Below are positions 12,758 to 21,980 of a DNA stretch of 41,921 nt, piece after piece. Every line of letters begins with the position of its first letter. The stretch's first letter is position 1. This DNA comes from Perkinsus olseni. Lineage: Eukaryota. The stretch covers positions 1-41,921 of the forward strand of contig JABANN010000292.1 of assembly GCA_013115125.1 (NCBI GenBank). Reading direction: 5' to 3'. A model generated the notes under the pieces. It saw nothing but the letters and a program-made list of their open reading frames with translations. It searched no databases and had not been told where the DNA came from. The position numbers and the translations under genes are program-made.

Positions 12758-14309
12758 CTAATAGGGACTGGCCCTGTATTGGGATGGCTGGCCGTATCCT
12801 TGAGGTTGCATGTTGCCATACCCTTGCTGTTGAGGATAACCCCCGTAGGCAGCAGGCTGCTGCTGCGGCGGCGGTGGGGCACCTCCATAACCACCACCAC
12901 CTTGCTGTTGGCGAGCCCCACCATAAGGGGAAGCACCATAACCACCGTACTGGGCGGGTGACTGCTGCTGCATCATCATAGGCTGCTGTTGCTGCTGATA
13001 GCCACTACCGTTGTACATGGGCCTGGCACAGAAAGAGACCTCAAAGCACGATGATAAGCTCGCCGCTCCCTAGCGTACTGCTGTGGCTGGCGATAGCCTC
13101 CAGACTGATACGAGGGAGATCGCTGACCGTAGCCACCTCCACTTCCACCACCAAACGACCTACGACACCGACAGTGAGAAAGTCGGCTACGAGAAGAAGC
13201 TCACTACCCCATAGGACGGCCCTTGCCCTTACCACGAGATCCCTCACGCCGAGCATGCTTGACCTCAACCTGATCCAGCATAACGATTGGTGATACTACA
13301 ACCGTCACTGCGCCACGAAATTACATGCTTGTCATCAATCATATTTGCATCACCACCAGCAATAGCAGCATCAGCATCAGCAGGTGATGAGAAAATAACG
13401 TAGCCGAAACCTCGGTGGCGTCCCGTCTCGCGGTCGTACATTACCAGAGCCTCGGCCACGGTTCCATACCGAGAGAAGTGCTCGGTTAGTCGAGCTGAAT
13501 GGAGATGTACTTCGACGAAAGGCCACAAACTTTCCCAGGCGCTCACGTTTATCACAGCTGTTAGGCAGGCCACCGACGAAGATCTTGCAAGGGTTGTCAC
13601 CACCATCACTAGGCACTCCATCTCCTCTACCAAATCTATCAGTAGAAGAATGCCACCGCGGTCGGTAGAGGGCAACTTACCCAAAGTCCCCACTTCCCTT
13701 GCCTCCACCATAGCCTCCCTTGCCACCATAGCCGCCCTTACCCCCACTGAAACCCTTACCGCCTGAGAGACCTCGCATTGTCTTGCACGAACACCAGCCA
13801 ACAACACACTACCTCCTTTCCCACTGTGGGGAGGGTCCTGCGAAGCCCTCTTGACATCCACGGTCTTCTCCAAAAGAACATGCGGACCACTCGCCAGACA
13901 AGTCTAAGAGGGAAACCGTAGGCAACGCCAGCAGGAGGCGAAGTGCTCGTACCTCCATGTCAGTGAGCTGACCATAAACCACGAAGCCGAAGCCTCGAGA
14001 CCGACCGGTGTTCCGGTCGTACATGACCACCGCATGCTCCACCGGGCCGAACTGCGCGAAGTAGCTCTCCATATGCTGCTTCTCACAGGCACCCGGCAGA
14101 CCTCCGATGAATAACTACGAAAAATACAACTGTTTTAGCAGAGCGAAGCAGCAAGACAAAGCACTCACCTTCCGGTCGTCCGACTCTCTAGACCTGGCGG
14201 GGCCTCCACCACTACCCATAAAATTGGAAGCCTGTGGAGGCGGGGCGGTAGGGGGTGCCTGGTCCGCGTAAGGGTAGGCGGAGCCCACAGGAGCGCCAGT
14301 CGTATTCAT
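12758..14309 (-). CDS. Two-RRM RNA-binding protein, paralog 2, with a Gly/Tyr/Gln-rich tail and C-terminal PY-NLS-like end
   Basis: RRM1: LFIGGLP...DRNTGRSRGFGFVVY. RRM2: KIFVGGLP...DRETGRHRGFGYVIF. GGYGG repeats; ends ...QYRASPY*. Confidence 0.9.
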
Positions 14310-14917
14310 AAGAACAGGAGAGAGCGCCTTAGTGAGGACAGCCAACCTTGATCGAGCCCGCCTTGGACGACCCTCGAAGAGAGGCTAGGGAGACAGCGCA
14401 GAACACAACAGTCAAAGTCGAGTCGCGAGAAGGATGGTGGTGCAATCAATTACATGCAAGGCATAACAAGCGACAGTCCGAGATGACCGGATACCGACTA
14501 CCGCTGCTGTTACCTCGAACTCAGCGACGCTACTGGTGGCTAGGGAAGGCAGCATCGAATCATGAGACACCAACGGGAGGAGCTATTCAAAGGGCTGTCC
14601 AGCGCACGAGCGTGTAAGGCTTTCCTCTCAAAACCACAACACAACCAAATCCAGTTTATTCTTCTCCGAAGAACTATGACGATCCGAGCGAGAGAAGTTG
14701 TGGGGAAATGAGGACATAGCAATAAGAAGGGGCCACCATAGGGCGGCAATAATGGCGATCTCCCCGACAGTAATAATGACGGCAACTTGGCAGCCCACGA
14801 GGCCGCTAGCCACAGCAGCAGCAGCTACTTGACACCCTTATCGAGAGAAAGTGTCACTGTGAAGTCGGGAACTTCATTGTTATTTTACGTCAGCTGCTGC
14901 TGCCGGTCGTCCCGAGT

Positions 14918-17089
14918 TTAGTAGGGGCTGGCTCGAGAAGGGCCGCCGTATTGGCCTCCATAACGAGGTGGAGGGGCGTTATCTGAGCAAGGGGCACATC
15001 GACCGACTCCTTCTTGAAGCTTGCCTACATCCTCCCATTGGTGGTCGTCGAGGCTCCTGCCGTTGGTAGCCCATACCGCCATAGCCGCCCTGCTGCTGCA
15101 TACCACCATACCTGGCCACCGACGACGAAGATACGGCGGAAACTTCCCCTGCCAACCTACCCCTGTTGTGGCGGAGGCATCCCATACTGAGGCTGCTGCT
15201 GCTGATACATGCCCATCGGGGGAGGCCGGTTTTGCTGCTGCTGAAAGTAGGCATTAGACGCCGCCTTGCTAGCTCGCATCGTAGCTTGATAACTACCAAG
15301 GAGTCAAAGCTGCAACAGGAACCATGCCTCACTGGGGCCTACTCGTCAGGGCCTCTGTAGCGGCCATGGTCCCCATACCCTCCACTGCCATACTCATTAT
15401 AGCCACCAAAGGACCGTCGTGGAGCTTCCCTCGTCGTGTGCTTCACATCAACCTTGAACGACAGCCATATTTCTTCCACCCTTCCCTGTCGACTACTACC
15501 CATTTCCCATCGATGACATTATTGGCCGAGTTGCTGATTGCAGCTTCAGCCGCGGACAAATCCTCATAGGTGATGTATCCGAAGCCTCTGGACTGGCCCG
15601 TCATCCTATCAGTACTGACAACAACAGCAACCATCCTCATCACCCAAGCACAGTGCCACCGCTCCTACATCACTGTGCAGTCCACCAAGTTGCCATACTG
15701 GATGAAGAAATCTCTGAGAACATCTGAAAAACAGGCAGCCGGTACCGATAAAGACGGCAGTAATTGAACCGTGACAGTGCCAACAATTAATCCGTAAGGA
15801 AATGAAGATAAAATAAAGTACAACACCATATACGAGCATATCATTATGACGGTAGACAGAACCCAAAGATATTGATTAAAATATCAACGCTGATTGCTTA
15901 CCACTGGTCACTTCCCTTGGCAAGCCCCCGACGAAGAGCTTGTTAGGGTTCTGGTCTCGATGACCTCCCTTGCCCTTCCTGACAGTGATCACCTATGCAA
16001 CCCCTCACCGGTCATCAACACTAACCCTGAGCTGTAGTCATCGTAGCTTCTCGGTGCTCCTGCTCCCTTCCCTGAAACACTACAACCATCCAACAGCCTC
16101 AACTGCGTTACGGATACCCACCTGATGACCGCCTCTCGTTGGCCGTAGAAGTGCCATCGTCGTTGACGGAGCGTCGCACTTCGACAGACTTCCCCATGAT
16201 CACATGCGGCGCCGCAGCCACACAACCCTGATCAGAAAAAATTCCACCCAAAGGCCCATCCCAACTGAGTAGGCTTACGAGCATCTGCTCTTTGGTTTGG
16301 AAAGTAACGAAGCCGAACCCCCGACTCCGTCCTGTGTACCGGTCCATCATCACCACTGAGTCCTCCACAGGGCCGAACTGGCTGAAGTACTCATCCAAGG
16401 CTGGCTTGTCGGCTTCCCGCGGAAGACCACCGACAAAAACCTGCGCGGCTCCACCTCAAAAAAAGTGAGGCAAGTTGTGTTGGGCCACCTTTTTGGTATC
16501 ATCTCCCCTCTTAGGAGGCCCATCATATCGTGGGGCCGGTGCCGGGCTCTGACCAACGGAACCCGCTTGAACAGGAGGCGACGTGGTGAACTCCTGCTGG
16601 ATGGCTGCTGCCGATGCAACGGCAGTAGCAGCCGCGACGTCCATAGGGGAGGCCGGAGGCTCCTGCTGAGATGCAGGCGTTGCAGGCAAAGGAACAGGGA
16701 TGGCCTGCCGGACGAAGACCTCAACCGACGCTCTATGGTGTTCCTCCCAACTCACCTCAGGCTCCTCATGCACAGCGGTCTCCGTAGCATTTCCAGCAAC
16801 AGCAGTGGTATCCACCGACGTCGGGGCGGCATCCTGGGCAGCGGCAGGAGCGGGTGAGGGCACCTCCGAGGGTGATGCTTCCGTGGCCGGGTCAGCAGGG
16901 GAAGCCTCAGTCGACATCTCTGCAGGAGTCGCCTCCGTGGTCGCGGTGGGCTCCGAGCTAGCCTCGGCGGCTGGGACGCTCTCTGCCTCCGGAGCTGCAG
17001 CCGCTGCTGGTGCCCTGAATATAACGGGCATCTTCATAGACGCAGTGCGAATGGCCCTACTCGTTGGTGCTGGCCGGTTGTTGTTCCAT
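14918..17089 (-). CDS. Two-RRM RNA-binding protein, paralog 3, with a long Ala/Glu/Pro/Thr-rich N-terminal extension and C-terminal PY-NLS-like end
   Basis: Starts MEQQPASTNE/APAAAAAPEAES. RRM1: VFVGGLP...DRYTGRSRGFGFVTF. RRM2: KLFVGGLP...DRMTGQSRGFGYITY. Ends ...GPSRASPY*. Confidence 0.9.
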
Positions 17090-17191
17090 GACGGATGGAC
17101 AGAAAAGTGGGTTGGTAGCCGACAGGATGAACTACAAAAAGAATTCTCCCTCAGGCCCTCGTCAACACAAAGACCATGTAGTAGACGACAA

Positions 17192-18421
17192 CTATGACAA
17201 GGGAGGCAACGGCGACATCCCCATGCGTGGTAAGTAGCGGTGAGAGTGCAACAACTCATCCAAATACCGGGCTCCCGCGAGTCCCTTCGCGCCTGAAGGC
17301 AGCAGTCCCGATCGAGGCGACCCGGTGGGCATCCAAACCTACTGTCCTCGTCCACCTTGCACGATCCCGTGGTCTCCAACTTGACCAGTTTTGTATCTTC
17401 CACGGTGAGCTCGTCGATATCCTGTCGTACACCAGCGGCTGTGACGAGCTCCTCCGCAGACAAGCTCAAAAGATACGTCCTAAAGGCTGCCAAAGTCCCC
17501 TCAGCCATCCATCAAGCACCTCACTTCCGCTTTCCCTTGGCTTGTTTTTTACAGACGAAGGGGCCTGGGTCGCTGCCATCCCAACCGTACCACTGCTCCT
17601 GGGCCTTCTGCGGGGCGCAGTCCGGATCATCAGCATATGCTGGATCTGTAACACGGGCAATAAGGTCTCCATGTTGACCTCAAGATACTACTACCAGTGC
17701 AGTTATTGGCCCACTTGTTAAACTCATTTTCCGAGCCATCAGTCCAGTCGTAATCCTCATCCTGGTCGGTATCACTGTACCCTATCCAAGTCGAGCGTCC
17801 ACCAGTGAGGGTCCGAACCTGCGCCCTGAGTTTAACCATGATCAACCTAAGATACCTTCTACGAATTCGTTCTCAGCCTCAGAGTGAATGCTGGCCAGAT
17901 TCGCCCCCATGGCGTTGCAGCGGGCCTCCGCCTCGAAGAAGTCTACCAAGGAATCGACGAATCTGCAAGTGATATCAACTCACTGGTACCGCCTCGGCGA
18001 CCACTGACCGGTAGCAGGCTGAGCCGTAGAGGACCCAGCCGTCATCGCAAGCATCCGGGCTATATAGTTGCGTACGAGCGTTGAAGCTGGCGGCAACCGT
18101 CACTGAACTCTGCAGAAGGGAGCTCAACGACGACGTGGGGATGGTGTGGTACTCACCTGAGACGACGGGTTACCACACCAGTCGTGGAACTGCTGAGCTC
18201 TCCTAAGGCACATAGGCTCGTTATCGGCCGTCCCAAGGTACCTGGCACGGCGATGGCCCCGGCGAGGGGTCGAAGGACCGCTGAAAGGCCTACCGCTCCC
18301 CCAGCACATCTTCGAACTGCTTATTTGTCAAGTGCAGGAAGTGCTCACACACAGAGCTTGTTATTATACACTTACCCTCGGCTGCAGCGGCTGTTACAGT
18401 AGCCAGGAGTAGTACCTTCAT
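17192..18421 (-). CDS. Secreted C-type lectin domain protein
   Basis: Signal-peptide-like MKVLLLATVTAAAAE, followed by the C-type lectin signature CDDGWVLYGSACYRF...FFEAEARCNAMGANLASIHSEAENEFV...WIGYSD...YDWTDGS...W...C...FVCKK, assembled over short canonical introns. Confidence 0.88.
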
Positions 18422-18713
18422 CACCAATCGATATTAGATACCATCAAGTTGAAGGTGCTGTAAGCATCGCTCCGCTCAAAAAAATGCACGAAAATTGCAT
18501 GAAAGGCCCGTACTAATTTTTCGATGAGCGCGTCTCCTTCGGAATCGACTTGGTCAAGGTAGGGGAAAAACGGTCCCGTCGCTTGGAAGGCTCTTCACAG
18601 ATCCGCCAGCAAATTTTGAGAGGGCGCAGGGTAGTAATGGTAACCGATGCTGGTGATGCAGTTGTTGTCTCTTTTCGTGACTACTTAACTTTTCGAAGAT
18701 TGCACAATCATCG

Positions 18714-21070
18714 ATGTCAGCAACGACGACACCGGCTGCAGCGGCAACGTCGTCGTCAGGAGAGGATGCTACTACCCCGCCAGCCCTACCTAGGATAGCA
18801 GAGATCTCCGAGGCCTCAGCGTTGGCTGCTCAGTTCGTTATACAACATCAGCAGCAGCGGCAGGAGGCCGCTAAGAAAGCAGCTGCTCAGTCCACTACTA
18901 TCGATACAACAGCAGCAGCAGAAGCGAGCCCTACTGAGACCAACGGGACATCCACGACCACTGCTGCTATCGGGAGTGAAGCCAAGGACAACAGCCCGGT
19001 CGGAGCGGCTTCCCCCGCGGCCGAGGTACCTTCCTCGGCCACTGTCAACCCAGCTGAGTTGGTCGATAGCGAGCTCTCGTCCTTCGTCGAACGGGTGGCA
19101 TTGACGGATGAGGACCATCATGTCCATAACCACATACTGGGATCGATACTGTCCGTTGCTCGGAGCAACCTGGATATCGAGGCCACGATAGAGACCTTCG
19201 GTTCCGCCGCCAGCGGTCTATCGGAAAAAAGCAGTGACATTGATGCAACGATAATATGCCGGTTTTCGGCGTTAAAGAAACGCTTCGGCGCTGCGGGAGA
19301 CGAGAAGAGCTTATGTTCAGCCGCCGTTATGGGTTTGGGTAAAGCAATCAGCAAATTTGAGAAGGAGGCGCCGGGTGTCGGCCTGAGGGTGGTGCAGGTG
19401 ACGAGGGCGTAGTGATCTCAACATTCCGGTCACCACCGCCGCTGACAGGTTATCCCATCTGCGAAGGTCCCGATCGTGGTGCTGTCCTGGATCGGGCCCA
19501 ATGGTAACGTACAAATCGTGGATGTCAGTATCAATAATCAACTTCCTCTGCACAACACCGCGGTGAGCCTAAGATACCATCCCCTGGCCAGCGAGGATAT
19601 CTTTCTGGTAGTTACTGCGGAACTATGTGGAGATGGACAAGCGAGTCCAGATACTGGCACTTTGCGTGAAGGTAAGCTGCCATCAGTCATTCCGACGGTG
19701 AGTAGTCTGATCTCCTGCCCTTCAGCGATGGGCAAAACTGTGCGGAATTAGTGACGCTAAGCAGGGTAACCTCAGTAGCTACAGCTGGACCTTGCTCTGC
19801 ATATATTTTCTACAAGTACTACTACTACTTCCATCGAGGCACTAGCCCAAGCTTCGTGTAGGTGCGTTCAAAGGGCGCCATTCTGCCGTCTTTACAGTCA
19901 ATGGCGGCGAAGAGACGAAAGGGCGAGCAAGTGAAGCATTACTCATGCCCAATCAGTGGCCGCGTTTTTAATGTCGACTTTGTAGACAGGTTCGGTAAGT
20001 CATACAGTGCCGTAGCCTCATACCGTAACTTTCCCAACTTTCCTCAGAGGCTACTACGGGAGAGGATGCTTTCAAACCAGCGGACACCCCACCGTCAGAG
20101 CTTCTGCGCGATTTTTTCGTGTTCTATGATAGAGACTATAAGTGGGGCTCTGAGGTAGTAAGGGCGACGGGAGCAGCGGCGATGGTGATACTCATGGGCT
20201 CATCACCATTATCAGGTGGTGTCCATTCGAACAGGGGAGAGGCGCAGCACAGACGAATATCTTCACTTGCCAAGGCGGGACACTGAGAGCAACATTCTTA
20301 TTGAGGATCCACTAGACCTCAACAGGAACCTCAACTGTGTGCTGGACTACGAAGGCCGTATAAGGCTTCGCCGAGCATTTGCTCTCTTCGCTGCAAAGGT
20401 GGCTGATGCTTCTATGGAGGAGTTGTTGACCCAGGCTAAGACTTTGACGAGGATGCGAACAGGGCCGACAGCAGCAGCAATGGCGGCCAAGCATGCTCAG
20501 AACGCTACTATGGGCGTTGGAGGCCCCCACGCTCCTGGCCTTACTGCGCCCACGCTGCAGCAGCATACGGCCATGTCGCAGGCATCGCACCAACAACAGC
20601 AGGCTTCACAGCAGCAGGGTCGTCCACGGAATATGGAATATATGCGGCAAGACACTAGCCCAGAATACCAGCCGCGGGGACCGGTCCCGGGCTCCATGCG
20701 ACCAGGGCAAGTTGGCGGAGGACCGGGTGGTGGGTATAATATGATGGGGGTTGGGCATAGTGATATCAGGGCGCCGTCGAACTTGGTGTTGAGCCCTGTG
20801 AAAGACGGACCGGGCGCCGCCACGGTGGTTGAGGGAATTAGAGGCGTGCGAGTACAGCAGCAGCAACCGGTTAACAGTGGTGGTGTAGCATATAATGGGG
20901 CGGGGATGAAGAAGGCTGCTGCTCCCTACTACCAATATGGCCAGCAACAACAGCAGAAGGAGACAGCCGCCGCCGCCACTGCTGTCCAGAGTTATGTGAT
21001 GCCACCCCTTGGTTACTATCTAGAGCTGCAAACTGACGGTCATAGTTGGGATATCGTGGACCGGTGGTGA
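18714..21070 (+). CDS. Cid1/TUTase/GLD-2 family terminal nucleotidyltransferase (non-canonical poly(A)/poly(U) polymerase)
   Basis: Catalytic FGS..SGL....SDID motif and third Asp in VDVSINN. Also HNTALLRNY, VKRWAKLCGI, GNLSSYSWTLLCIYFLQ, and a PAP-associated region FFVFY..W...VVSIRTG...IEDPLDLNRN. Q-rich C-terminus. Confidence 0.93.
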
Positions 21071-21092
21071 CGACAAGGGAAGTGGCAGTGAA

Positions 21093-21137
21093 GATGATGG
21101 TGATGATGATCACCGTCATCATCATCATCATCATCAT
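21093..21137. repeat. (GAT)n followed by (ATC)n microsatellite, self-complementary
   Basis: Sequence gatgatggtgatgatgat-caccg-tcatcatcatc..., just after the nucleotidyltransferase stop codon. Confidence 0.8.
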
Positions 21138-21980
21138 CGGCAGTTATCGGCAGTCGAGTGATGAAGTAAAATAATAATAATTCTATTATGGTTGATGAAT
21201 GTGAGCATTATTATTACAACCAAACCACCATCAGCAACATGGCCTCTCAACCAGGTTGTCCGATCCCCTCTTTCACTATAGTCGTCAAAGCTGAGGGCCC
21301 TTACGACGTGGTTATGGTTTCTAAGCCTAGTACTTATTATCACAAACTACTGATGCTGCAGCTGCTGCTGCTGCAACCTATGCGAATTTGATGGTTGTTG
21401 GTCGTCATCGTCGTCACCACCCGCTGTTGTTCTCGTCCTCGTCATCGTGGTCGTCTTCTCATCTTTTTCTTCTGCTATTGTGTCCTCCTCCTTCTGCTTC
21501 GTCTGTTGTTGCCGTCTTGTTTGTGGTCCTTCGCAGGGCCCTTCGCTCGACAGTAGTCCCACTTTGGTGTTGTTCATGTTTGGCAAGGATCTTTGGCAAT
21601 CATCGCCATCGTCGTCCGTCATCACTCTTGTGCAACAACTGGCCGCCGCCGCCCTGTCGGTATCTCTATCATCCCTCCCCGATAGCGTCAAGACTACTAC
21701 CACACACAGCAGCATCACCATCGTCATCATCAGCAGCCGTCACAGTAGACGACGACGGTTACGGCGGCGAAAGGGGACGTGGCGTCATCCATCCGTTCAA
21801 TGGTCTCGGTGGCTTCACTCTCACGATCTCTATACAGTACAGGTTGCGTTGTACGAATAAGTGGGGTTAGCGGCAAGAGGAAACAAGGAACTCGTCCCAG
21901 CACACTTTTCCCGTGCTTTCTCATCACCTTGTGTCATCCTCTCGTCAACCTAAGATCGAATTGGAAAACTGTCCTAGCGC

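Noticed and set aside
13126-13137. ACCGTAGCCA, resembling the start of the perkinsid/dinoflagellate spliced leader
   Set aside because: The match ends after about 10 nt and is the antisense of GGYG codons in an RRM gene.
16705-16755. Stop-free 51-nt in-frame introns (also 36789-36839)
   Set aside because: With ~50-nt GC-rich introns, a fraction will be 3n and stop-free by chance. There is no evidence of regulated retention. The apparent CGGGDC motif in the ferredoxin ORF falls inside such an intron and was not counted.
16456-17508. 350-aa ORF suggesting a lectin-RRM fusion
   Set aside because: It is chance read-through. The lectin splices to a stop at 17192, and RRM paralog 3 has its own ATG at 17089 with a canonical first intron.
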